DNA of 64,000 nucleotides from Takakia lepidozioides (lineage: Eukaryota > Plantae > Bryophyta): assembly GCA_030704615.1 (NCBI GenBank), contig CM060731.1, positions 18,414,001-18,478,000 of the forward strand, read 5' to 3'. The position numbers and the translations under genes are program-made. The notes beneath the pieces are model-generated. The model saw nothing but the letters and a program-made list of their open reading frames with translations. It did not search any database and was not told the origin of the DNA. Of the stretch, positions 14,601 to 26,945 are shown piece after piece (the stretch's first letter is position 1; every line of letters starts with the position of its first letter).

Positions 14601-17600
14601 ATCGTTGCCTCCCAAAGCTGTGATCAACCGTGCCCCACGCTCCCACATTGGCCGAGCCTTCAAGTCATCTGCTCGAATGCCAGCTCCTTTATGCCTTCTG
14701 GCAGTCCAATTCACTTCTCTCTCATTCAGCTCCTGTCTGGAATCCAGGAGGGAGAGAGACCTGGAAACTGTCAGGTTGACGACATGCAGCGTATCATGCT
14801 GTGTGGTATAGAGAAGGTGCACTGCTGCATTAGAGGTATGGTGCACTGTAAAGCTGGTGCAATCATTGGATAGCACGGAATGGCCCAGCAACTGTAGCCG
14901 CCCAGTCTCATCCAACGCTACCAGCTTAACCTCTCCCTTGCCCTCTCCAAATCTCACCACTTCCATCCAGGGGGAAGGTCCCAAAAACTTTGCAGCGGAG
15001 GCCCTCCCCAGCTGTGAACTCACTCCAGCTTCCGTATAAGGCAGCACAGAGCCATCAGCCAGCTGAACAAAAACAAACCCAGGCTGCTCAGTGCTTGCCA
15101 AAGTGTTCTTGACGATACTTACTACCACCTGCTGCACTGGTGTCTGCCGCACAGCCTGGATCTGCCACTTGTCACTCAGAACACTGGTATCAACTTCCTC
15201 ACCAACCCACATGAGCCTAACTTCAATTATTGACTGCTGCATTCCAAATTGGTCCTCAGAGACGATTCCACTTGCAGATCTACTTTGTGATCCCAAATAC
15301 TTTGCATTTGCTTGATCAGAGGCCCAGTTCCCATTCACAGGAGCTGCCCCAAGTAGTACTCCAGAATTTAACCAAGAAAGATGCCCTAGCTCACTTATAC
15401 TTGGCCCTGAGTCAAGATAGGCTCCAAGTGAGACCACAGAATAGTTCTCCTCAAGGTCTGACCAGGCAGAAAGCTCAGGGCATCTCACAACACTCAAGGA
15501 GCCATCTGACAAGCGCGCTGCTATCAGATAGCTGCCCTCCCTTTGTTGGGAGAATGCTACCACCTGAACAGGAGCCTGGAAGGTGATGGTGAACAGGGAC
15601 ATAGGAGGAGGGATTACTGCAAGAGATAACGGGGTCACAAGCAACTTTAGCCCACTTATCACTAGTGCCGTACTCCCTTCCAACACTGCAGTCTTCCAGA
15701 CTAGCCTGAGAGTGCGTATACTTCCATCAGCAGTCCAGCAAACCAATCGTGTTGCCTTCTCAGGATCCCACATCACATTGACTTGATCTGACCCTGGAAA
15801 CCGCCACTCTTGCTTCAAATACCAGTGGTAATTGTTGCAGTTCCAGACTTGCACACCATTCCAGTCACTACATTGAAGGACCACAGCCAACAGTTCAGAG
15901 TTACTGTTCCACTGCAGGGAGGTCACACAGGCATCTGGCGACCCCACAATTTCAAAATTATCACGCTGGAGTCCATTTTTTTCAAAGGCAACCACTATTG
16001 GCACACCCTCATTGCTCAGTTGGCTGCATGCTGTGACAATTCGAGCTCCAGTTGGGCACCAGGCCACTGCTGTCTGCACGAAGGGAAGGGCTTCCCCACA
16101 GGCATGTAAGGTACATGTATCCCTCTCCCAAATCTTCAGTTGACCTGAGCCAGTAGAATCAAGCCTTCCTGTCACAAGTGTTGCAAAATACTTGCCGTCC
16201 CCACGCCAGCTGAGTTGCACGCTGCCCTACATGGAGTGATCCACATTAATACCTACACCCTGCACGAGAGGGGCACACAAGCACAAGGCCCCTCTTCATG
16301 AGGATTCCCATCCTTAGCTCAATCTGGAAAAATCAGATCTTCTCACAATGTAAACTAGCCCAGCTACCCCAACCGCACCAAGTCATATTACCAAGCAAAC
16401 ATGAGTCACTGAGGAGATACGTCAATCCTTGTTCCCATTTTCACTGAATTTAGCAGATCTCTGAGGCCAACTAGAAAACAAGTTTGGAAGGAGGCGTTGA
16501 AGCACTTACTGCAGCATGATGGCCCTCATTAAGAGAAACCTCATAGAGTAAATCCCAGTCTTGGGTCATAAGAAGTAGCTGGTCCAATCCTGTGGCCAAT
16601 AGCAACAGCTCACCATCAGGGCTGGCAGCCATAGCCTGCAGGCCACCCTCTAATGCCCCCACCACTTGAATTTCCCGGCCAGAGTCACTGACCTCCACGA
16701 CCTGCAGCAATTTGACAAATTATTGCACAAGGGCACCAACATGTTGCAATATGCTATCTATACCAGCAAATGTTTAGTTTACAAGATTCTGTATAAGTGA
16801 ACCTGCATCAAGGGACACCAATACTCAAATATCCATGTGAAAGAACTGATACACTACAGAGATTTGATACGTATGGGGAGTACATTTCCCCTAACCTGCA
16901 GGCTGAGCAGAAAAGAGCTCAGGATTATCCCCTTACCTGACCATTGGCCTGGCCTACAACCACCGCCTCCACCTCCACCCTCCACTCCATGGCGACCACA
17001 GGTCCCCCGCCTTCCTCTAAAGGAACTGCCCACCGCACCTGTTTCATCCCAGCAAGTACAGTTGGGGCTATGACTTGCAATCCTTATATACAACCTGACC
17101 TTGAAACCATGCCAGTCCTCTAGGTGTCCATCATATGGAAATGAAATAAATAATCTGACTACCAGCTCCTTCTCTCCCATCAACACAAGGTTGACCTACT
17201 CAAGTTACACTAGTGTCTCATAGCAACCAGAGTACACTTGTGTAAGACCTCCCCAGGGTTTTCGAGTTTCAATTTGGTTGCAATAATAAGGGCCTGCAGT
17301 ATAAATCCGACATTGCTCCAACCCATAAACCCTAAACCTTAAACCCTCAAATTGGTTCAGACTCGAAAGATTTTCTTTGATGTAGGCCTGGACACATGAG
17401 GAAGACACGGACGTGCAGAAAATCTAATTCTGATAGTGTAAATGCGTTCATCACCTTTGCGGGAGAAAAGAGAGGAGAAAAGTAAAGGACCGCATACCTG
17501 TGAAGAAGCAAGATCAAAGCAGAAGAGCATGGATGTCTGAGAAGCAACGAAAAAATGGCCTTTGTCAGGATCGAGTGCAGCTGCTGCCAGTTGCAGCTTA

Positions 17601-17656
17601 TCGCCATCTTCACACAGCTGGCTGTGAGTTTCACTGAACACCACTAAGTTCCGCAT
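11681..17656 (-). CDS. ELP1: Elongator complex protein 1 (IKI3/IKAP family)
   Basis: Six GT-AG exons: 17498-17656, 16937-17038, 16510-16701, 13045-16226, 12585-12692, 11681-11987. Total 4050 nt, 1349 aa, frame closes. Family motifs include MRNL start, SWRGDGKYFA, FEKNGL, NYHWYLKQE, RGNLETIYPR, SQRDPKEFLP, SSMSAYT and RIRAGSPGEE. Confidence 0.95.
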
Positions 17657-17927
17657 CGCAGCAAGCGCAGGGCTCTACCTCTCTGCCTCGCGCACCGCCT
17701 CCGTGCCCCAACCCACTTGAATGCGAGCTTGGATCCTCTCTCTGCACAGGATTGCAAGCCCTCTCCTTTGTACGCTTGCTCTCACCTTCACCATCACCCG
17801 CCCCCTATTCACTTTAGGAGGGGAAAAAATAGCCTTTGAACTTTATTGCTCAACCGGGAGGATGATTGCACTGTATTCATCCAAGAACATACTTAAGGGA
17901 TGACACAAGCTGGTTTGGAAGGAAGCT

Positions 17928-18769
17928 ATGGCTGCCCCTTGCAACGCTGCTGCTGCAGCAGCGCTGCAGTGTTGGTCTCCCGGGAGGAAGAAAACAGAGT
18001 GTGAAATTTGTGCTGCAACCAGTTTGATGCTGGGGTGTCCATTGAAGAGCTAAAAAGTCTCTGGAGTTTCTGCGCTGTCTTCCAACTGCTGGGGATGCAG
18101 AGGGCTGCCCATAACTGAAGGCTTGTCTGTTTGGAGTTGGGCTTGCAAGCTTTTCAATCAGGGAGTGCTTCGGCAGGTCTTCCAGTGATAGACAGTAATG
18201 GGTTTCAGAGTCTGGGTTTTGCCTTGGTGAGTGGGGGCGCCATAGCTGCACTTGCGGCAGCTCTGTCTCGTGCAGACCCAGAGAAGCGGAGACAGAAGCA
18301 GGCGGCGGAGACTGGGGAGATGAAAAGGCTGTGGTGAGAAATTACTTCAATACCTCAGGCTTTGAGCGATGGAAGCGATTTACGGCGAGACTGAGGATGT
18401 GAATCAGCTGGATATCAAACTGTCAAAAAGAATCTCGAATTGCTCAAGCATTCTGGGTCCCTGGAGGGGGTTACGATTTGTAATGCAGGGTGTGGAACAG
18501 GGTGTCTCTCCATTCCTCTGGCAAGGGAGGGAGCTGGGGTGAGCGCAAGCGACATCTCTTCGGGAATGGTCGCTGAAGCTGCCAAACGAGCTTCAGAGAT
18601 TTTGAAAACATCCAATGGCAAGGTAACACATTAGCCAGGATTTAAGTTAGAAGGTGATGTGGAAGCCGCCCTCAATGCCGCGGGTTGGGTGCTCCGTAGG
18701 CGGGAGATGACTGCAACTAAATTCTATTTCTCTCGGTTGCTTGGAGCTGTTCCTGCAAATTCCCAATGA
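17928..18769 (+). pseudogene. CHLM: Mg-protoporphyrin IX methyltransferase pseudogene
   Basis: Transit-peptide-like start, then ADPEKRRQKQAAE, VVRNYFNTSGFERWK, IYGETEDVN-QLDI, SAM motif ICNAGCGTGCLSIPLAREGAGVSASDISSGMV and C-terminal DVEAALNAAGW...TKFYFSRLLGAVPA. Several frameshifts or small deletions at 18315-18420, an early in-frame stop, and the central part of the domain is missing near 18630. Confidence 0.88.
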
Positions 18770-20434
18770 AGAAGATCCGAGTACTTTCACTTTTCTGCCG
18801 GCTGCAGTCACGCACCAAGGCACGATTTTGTAGGCTGCACCATAAACAGATATGATTGATACCTTTCGGTGGTCCAGAGAGAGAGAGAGAGGGAGATAGA
18901 GAGAGGGAGGGCTGAATGAGATGAACTCATATTCTACTTTTATTTGCTCATCACCTCTGATCCCCATTTGATTGATCAGAGGACGGACAGTCAAGAAAAG
19001 AAAGGTGGAGGATTCTTGTGGGATTGCATCTGATCAACAATCTGCCCAACCTTGCTGCTCCCCTTTAACTGGTCCATTGACCTGTGGAGTACTTGTCCTG
19101 CACATAATATCAGGATGAAAATTGAAAAAAATTGCACACTCAGACTGGATCTCTCCTTTTTGAGGATGCAAAGAAATTATCATGGATCCGTTAAGCATGT
19201 CACTTCTTTTCATACATGTGTGAATGTCAAGCTTGTCACTTTCTTCTACCGAGGTGACAAGTTTTGATTGGTAAAAGCTATAGGTTCTTTTTACATGAGT
19301 ATGAGCGTTTTCTCCTCTGCTTCACTTCACATATATATGACATCAGAGTGTGGGTGAGGAGATGCACTGTAAAAGCCAAGAACTAAAGCTGTCAACAGAT
19401 AGCCCACAGTGTAGGCCTGTGTTGAGCGGTAAACTAAGCAGTGCACTCAACTATGGACTGTGCTGGACAGGCATCCATAACAAGTAGCTGCCAACAATAG
19501 TTGTGATGCCTCCAGCCGGCATCATTCTTTTCCAACCACAAGGATATATGTTTGAGTTGTTTATTTCGGTATTCATATATATTCAGGAGACAATATGCAT
19601 TCTGGGACTTGACAAGACAGTTACCTTCTGTAGTAAGCAGGGTCTGGATCACCGAGGGGTTGCAGCACGCCAACAAAAGTATGCGTTTGACAAGTTGGCA
19701 TGCACAATTATGTGCATCAGGCTTACATGAACTGTTTAGCACTCCGTGTAAGTCTCAAAGTTGAAGTATGTTGGGCTCTGCCATACAGTACAGTCTTGGC
19801 CCTGATCCCTGGTTTTAACACCACCAATGCCGGTCAGTTCATCAGCCCTTAGCTACTCTGTCGTCCTCATAAACTGAAGCCCTCACAGACACCGAAGCCC
19901 CTTTTATATGGCAGGCACGATGGTGCTGATAAGGCCCTGTATTCACCTCCACCCTATTTTCTCTCTTTCCCAAAGTTCTCATGGATGTCCACTATACTTG
20001 ATGCATAAATAGGACAATTGCCACATACCTATCGGAAAGGGCAGAGTCTCTGGTCTGAGTTGTGTTCATATTATGTTAAAACAGCATATTGGACTGGAAA
20101 ATTGTCAGTTTCATGCCGGCTGGAGCCACGCAGCCCACCACCATTGCCGACTACTGGCATCTGGCCTCTGGCCTCTGCCCATTTTTGGTATCTGCAATGT
20201 ATCAACAACCTTGCCTTAGACAGGGGTGCCCAAAGCAAGGTTATGACCCAATGGACAGATTTGGTCAACGCTGGGCCAGTCTTCTATTCCCTGTCCAACA
20301 AGAGGCCTTCCCAGACTTTTCCTTCTCTTACTTAGGTAAATTGAGACACATGGCTGCCAGAAGAAAAGAAATTAACAAAGTGTATTACACATGAGGAGCC
20401 CCAGAGGGCATGTGGGACAGTAGGACAACACAGA

Positions 20435-22248
20435 TTGTACTCATAAGACGTTGTTTGCCGTAGCCTTGTGGCCATTGACCCCGCGCCCAGTTTGAGCGGG
20501 AACAAAAGGGACAGAACCTACCTCTGTCAGGGGCTGACGTTGGTAGTAAGACTTACCTCCATATAAAGAATTAATCCGGGTTTTCCAGATATCCTCTAGA
20601 AATCCCTTCACACAAGCATCAATCTGCTGTGTGTGATTTGCCCAAAAACTAGGCCTCAGGAGGGCCTGGGCTTTTGGCTCAGCCTCGAGACTTTCAAAGT
20701 TGGTAAACAGGGGTACAGGCACAATTCCCTTAATAGATTTGAAGAGAGCGTCTCTTTGGTGAGAGAACCCCTGACAGTGTATCAGAAAATGAATACTGTC
20801 TTCAGATTGCCCACACAACGGGCAATTGCACTCTCCCTTTCCTCTCTGCTTCTGTTTGCTGTTCAAAGGTAGGCTTCCTGCCCTGAGTTTAAATTTCAGT
20901 CTAGTGCCGAGAGTGGGTAGACCCTTGAGGTCATCCAAGATGTCCTCCCCCATGTCACAGACTGGAAACAAGTTCAGGGAAGTTTTCTGCCTAACTTCAT
21001 TTTCATCAGACAATCTCATGGCAACAGACATGGCTGAGGACACTACAGCCTCTAAGTCAGATTTATCCAGCAGGGTCAAGACTTGCGGATCCAGGTCCAG
21101 GTCCTTGAGGATCTCTTCTACTCTCTTCTGCCAGGACTTAGCCTGTTTGACAGGGCAGTCCTGTTTCCAAGATATAGAGTCGATTAATTTAGGATATCTG
21201 GTGTTGGGCATATGTTGCAGCTGACCCCACCATCTGACCTTGAATTCATCTCGTCGGGAGCTTAAGGACGGAATGCCAAACTCACCCCGAACAGCCACAT
21301 TGGCTGTTTTGGAGCATGCTGACATACACTCCTTAAGCACCCCCACTTGAATGGATTCTAGAGACTTAGCCTGGTTGGAGTTATCAACCCATATAGCAGA
21401 TCCGTACTCCAAGGCAGGTCTAATAACGCGACAAAGCATGGTTTTCTTAACCTCAGAGTTGACCCCTCTGCAGTGGAAAAATTTAGTGAGCCCCAGAGCT
21501 TTGCCCTTGCCAGTTTGAACAACTTTCCGGATATGTGCATCCCAATTACAATTGGAGGAGAACTCAAGGCCCAGGTAAGTGTAGGAAGGGAGGACCGGGA
21601 TCTCTTGGGTACCCCACTGCCACTTAAGATCACTTCCTCCCTCTCCTCTGTCGTTGAATGCTACCACTGCACATTTGCTGACATTAGCCTCTAGCCCCCA
21701 AAGATCAAAGTATCTCTTCGCGCAATCAATCAACTCCTGGAGATTGGTTGGAGTCTCCCCTATGCCTGCGAAGTCATCCGCAAACATAAGGGCTGGTATG
21801 GTGGTATCACCCACCCTTAACCCAAATCCCTCACTTTCCACATCCTCGAGGAGTTGATTGATGAAAACATTGAAGAGCAGAGGGGAGAGAGTACATCCTT
21901 GAGCTACACCTTGGTCTATGTCAAAGAAGTTGGACTTCTGTCCGTTAACAGTGACACAGCTTTTGGTGTGAGCATACAAGTTGTGGACAACTCTCCACAT
22001 CTTTCCCTTGATCCCACAAGACCAGAGGCGGAACCATAGGCCATCTCTCCACACTGTGTCATAAGCCTTTTTGACATCCAGGAAAAAGACATAAGTGGGT
22101 TTCCCTTCTTTTTTCCTTCCCTGGATAATCTGCCTTAGAGTGAAGATATGATCCACACAGTCCCTGTTTCGCCGAAAGCCAGCTTGGCCTTCGTGGAAAC
22201 AACCTCTAGACTCCAGATCAACCTCGAGACGAGTACTTATAACTCTGC
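20435..22248 (-). mobile_element. 5'-truncated non-LTR retrotransposon (LINE) with an uninterrupted RT ORF
   Basis: ORF 20441-22294 carries GQAGFRR, FLDVKKAYDTV, QGCTLSPLLF, FADD and a C-terminal CPLC..EDSIHFLIHC. A 13-bp direct repeat AGGACAACACAGA sits at 20422-20434 and 22249-22261 (TSD). Confidence 0.93.
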
Positions 22249-23350
22249 AGGACAACACAGAGATAGAGAGAGATATATAGAATTCAAGATCCAATTTTAG
22301 TCAGCTTTTATAATATTCAGTTGACATCTGCAAAGCCGAGTATTGGGCAAGTCCATAGAAAATTGAAAAGAATGATCAGTACCTATGCAAAAGAAACAAA
22401 ATAAGGCCAAACCCAATGTAATGGAGGCCAATAGTCTCGTCATTCATGATGTGTTCCCTGGTGATGTATCTTCTCTCCTACACCAACAGTGACAATCTTC
22501 ATTACAAGATTTGTGACCTTGCAAGAAGACCTTAACCCCATCCAGCTGCATGGATACATTCTTAGCATGATGGGTATAAGGTCATCTTTGCAAGCCCTTG
22601 GGACAACCCCAGTTTTCCTGGATGTGTTCTCGCTCATTTACTTTCTGAAAGGAAACTTTTGTTGTATCACTCTCAAACCACCAGCTTATAAACAAGAGCA
22701 CTACAACCACTGTCAGAGAGATATTGAATGCTGCTTAAGAGAGACAGAGGTACATACCTCAGAATACCAGCCCTTGTTCGATAATTTTCTCTGCAAAATG
22801 AATCAAAACTCGTCAGAATGACTGTGAAAAGGATGTATAGCGAGAGCAGTTGGAACCAGAGGATGTAGACAGCATCATGATGAAAAGCAAAGAGCATACC
22901 AGCACGTTGGCAGTATCCTTCACAGTGACTGCCACTATGAACGTAACTGGCCCACCATGAGCCCTCTCCAGGCTCCCACGGACGCAACACATTTTCTGTC
23001 TTTCTTATTGCCTTGCCTGTGCACAACAGGTAACCATTGGCTCTAGAATGAGTAATAAGAGTCGTCCATTGCTGGGCTGTGCCTACAGCAATATGCTCTG
23101 AAAATCTGGACATTAAAACTGTTTTCCTTTCCTATCCTTCCTATGACTGTGAGACAGTGTAAACCCAATACGTGAAAACCTGAGACCAGCTACAGGAGGG
23201 TGCTGGGGACTAGGCATGTCAGAAATGCGAAGTGCACATCATCTCTGACATGATTGTGCAATGCAAGGATGGGCTCAGGCAGTGGCAGAGTTGCTGCTGA
23301 TGGGCAACGGAGGCCATTGGGACGGGGTAGAACTTAAAGGAAAGAAATAC

Positions 23351-23436
23351 AAATGAAATGGTACTCAGAAATGAAATGAAATGAAATGGTGCTTTATAAC
23401 GTCCGCGGAAAGCTCATAGAGCTTATAGGCTTATAG
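23351..23436 (-). repeat. Isolated 3' end of a LINE-like element with an (ATTTC)n tail
   Basis: Minus strand reads ataagctctatgagctttccgcggacgttataaagcaccatttcatttcatttc. The same motif terminates the LINE fragment at 26826-26870. Confidence 0.6.
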
Positions 23437-26400
23437 TTTCAGAGAAAGAAACTTTATGACGTCCACAGTGACAAAAGAGAGAAACTGGCAAGAAGAGGTG
23501 GAGAAAAATTTGTCCCCTTGCCTCTGCCACAGAGCAGTGGCACACCATAGTGTTGTAACCACAAACCCTGTGACTGCCCTGTGGGATTGTTATGCCCAAT
23601 TGGCTGAGTTTTCCAATTTTGCATGAACACAGACATGGTCTTAAAAGAAAGATATTATTGCAGCTTTAGTTCGAATAGAGCAGAAAAGGGTGGGTAAGGG
23701 GAAGGCTGTTATTAGCCACCAATCTGACCCAGATGTGAGAAGTCGCTGTGAGAGAGGGAACGAAAATACAAACAGGAAGAGAAGAAGAGAACCTTCCCAT
23801 AACGATCTACCAAGCAATTGAGAAAGCATTGAACTGTGGTATGACATTGCATCATATTGATCAAGCTTTCAAGGGCCTCAAAAATCTTTTTCTGAACATT
23901 TCTGAACATGTGGTGCATGAAGGGAAGAAACTGTACTTCTAATGTGGCGAGCACGCAACAGGTGCCGATAAGGCCGGAGATCTCCACAACGTTCAAAAAA
24001 TCGATGCAGGCCAAGGATGTGCCAAGGTTCAGTGTAAAAGGAAATTGCAAATGTAACGATCGCCATCACTGGTGCCAGGCCTTGCATGGCGGCTAGTGGG
24101 TTGCCCAATCCTGTGAAATCAGACATTTTTCATAAGTCTTCTGGAGGCTAAGCGACGAATGCTACAATTATATCTTTGGATTCTGGCCTGCTGATCAAAA
24201 CTTCGCCTTGGCATAAATGTCATTACTCCATTGAAGATGGCAAGTGAAATAAGCCTCTGGAGATGGAAATGTGAACTACAGTAGCTATGAGCAATGGTAA
24301 AAAAGCCTTTGGAATCTATGTGAGATGAAAATCCCTGCACACAATCTGACAAGCACCAGTCAAAATACTGCCACATCCTTTGACGTGGTTGTAAATTAAG
24401 ACGTGTGAGATAAAAATGTGGTGCGTGCGTGTTAAGAGTGCTGACATAGATGTGGCCAAAGCATGCATCAGGAGAGGAGGAAATAGAATAGACCTTCTTT
24501 CTGCCAAAGCGTTGCCATGACATTCCCGCCAAGGGTACCCACATACACAGAGAACTACAGTTGGTAAGTGGGCACCTCACATCACACCGTTCTGAAGATC
24601 AAACTGAAATCCCATACATGGTTCATCATCTGCAAAACTACCTTATCAATGAGCTTTTCAATCATCTCACAGTTGGTTCAGCGACCATGTTGGTGGTGTT
24701 ATAACCTATACACCTTGACTGATTCCCGCGCATGAAGCATTCCATCGAAATACCACTTTAAGGATTCTGACCTGAAGGAGCATCTGGGCGCCTGTCCAAC
24801 GCAATCCAGACACGAAGGCGCCCAGCATCAGCGAAAACAAGTCTCGCACCTCAAAATGGTGACCATTGGCCCGTGCAACTGCAGACGTATGTGTCAGGTC
24901 GGTAAACCAGTACACCCTAAGCTTGTTCTACAAAAATTGCACTAGCTCATTGTCAACATTGTCTTAGCACTTCACTTTTACTCCCAGACCATGATCCCCG
25001 TTCTTGCAAAGCCCTCGTGCAGAAGGGGAGGGGGCTACCCATGCACTAAAACTAATGAAAAAGAGAAGGACAGAGGTCAACGTACACGTCAACAGAGTGC
25101 CTGTTGCGAGAGACGCAATACTTGCCGTTAACTTGCAAGAGGGCACCTCCAAGCTGTAATTTGCAAAGGTGGGCAAGTCAAGGTCATATATATTAGGCAT
25201 GCATCTGTCGGCCTCTCATGCTGCTTAGACCAATTTAAATTATCCAATGCTCGCACTGATGAATCACTGTTGCGTTTCAGAGAGATTAGAGAAAGTTCCA
25301 GTTTTCTAGACTGTAAAGTACACATTTACGACAGAGAACCTCCTGTAGGTAGTATAGATCAGGATACTGGAGGAGGAAAGCTATGCTGCAGGTTGACAAC
25401 TTACTGCCAGGAGTACGTCAAAAGGAGCACGAAGAGCGGAGCACCTGACTTGCACTGCAAAATGAACCCAGAGTGAGTCAATACTCTCTCTCTCTCTTTG
25501 TTCCGCCCGGGGTCTATGGCCACGAGGCTACTGCAAACAATGTCTCATGAGTACATTTTCTCTCTTTCTTGATACTATTGTAGAGAAGTTCCATAAGAAA
25601 ACATGGAAGGCCAGCGCTATCTACTTCATTTTGTACGCTCACTGCAGGGTCAATGGCTGCAACGCCTCATGAAGAAGCACAGTCTATGAGTACGTTTCCT
25701 GGAACTGTGCTTATTCAAAGAATTCCACTGACAAGCTATAGAATTTGACATACATGTTGGCTTGGATAAAAGGGAAAAATGAGACTGGTGATCATCTCTA
25801 GGTTTTTGATTATCAAGAAACTCAGTGAAACTATTTCAAACTTCTCCTGGAACAAAATTTCTTTGAAATGCTATAGAAAGTGCAACCAGCAGCTGAATGG
25901 GAACCCACCATTAACCCAAAATTCTCCAGGATAGATACATGAGGCAAATCGATGTCGATGTCCACGGCTGTGGCAATTGCTGTTGGTATCACTGTTTTCA
26001 GTTAACACACAAGTCACCCAGCTTCCATGAAAACTAACAAAGTACATGTCTCACAGCACTTGTTTATATCAATGTATGTACCTATATATCCAGAATTGTG
26101 AAACCCTCATTTCTCCTTGCTTAAAACAAACACATTCAAATACATCTCATTCCATGCACCTTCCACGCTCGCAGGGGTATCAATCATAGCCACAAGTCCC
26201 GAGGGTGCGTGTCAGGTTTGGACGCTCCAAGGGTATGTAATTTACATCTGTTAGGATGCATGTAAGCAGAAGAGAATTAATTGTGTCCAACCCACCTCTG
26301 AATTTGTTTCCGGTCAGCCATTAGAATCCAGATCTATCTGACTGTTTCGGCCCCATAAGCTCTATGAGCTCCCCTGGACATTGTGAAGTTCCTCTCTCTG

Positions 26401-26445
26401 ACATCCATCTCCTCATTGCTTTTGTTCTGTGTGGAGGGCCCATCT

Positions 26446-26945
26446 CTTGAAATGAAATGAAATGGTACTTTAAAACGTCCGCGGAAAGCTGTGACTTTGT
26501 GGATGTTACTGTTCTTCAGATGGGAAAACCTGCAACGGGAGGACCGCCTATGTCCAGCTTGCACCGGGCGCAACCAGGAAATTGAAACTGAAGAACACTT
26601 CTTCTTTTATTGCCCTCTATATTATGAGATCCTTGGGAGATTCCACTGTCTATTCCGCGGAACTCAATCTCTCTCTGAAGTCTTCCACTATGAGGATCAG
26701 AAATGCTTGGCAGCTTACCTGCACGAGGCCTTCACCCTTGGACAATCCCTTGAGCAGTAGTTGCTTTTGGGCTGGTTTTTGGCTCTGGTTTTGTTTCCTC
26801 TCTCTTGTTTTTTCCATTTTGTCCCATAAGCTCTTTGAGCTTTACGCGGACGCTATAAAGTTTTCATTTCTTTCTTGCTCTAAAGGGATCAACTGGAAGC
26901 TCTCAGCTATCCAATTCCTGCGGACGTTATAAAGCTCCTTCTTTC
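26446..26945 (+). mobile_element. LINE 3' fragment (Cys/His region plus 3' UTR) with extra copies of its 3' end
   Basis: ORF 26491-26760 reads REDRLCPAC..IETEEHFFFYCPLY..RFHCLF. Tail motif at 26826-26870, a second partial copy at 26917-26945 and an inverted copy at 26446-26490. Confidence 0.7.

Noticed and set aside
13201-16109. Plus-strand ORFs overlapping ELP1
   Set aside because: Antisense shadows of the long ELP1 exon.
22249-22294. N-terminus of the 617-aa RT ORF (MDLEFYISLSISVLS)
   Set aside because: It lies in and beyond the TSD, so it is flanking DNA that happens to be in frame.
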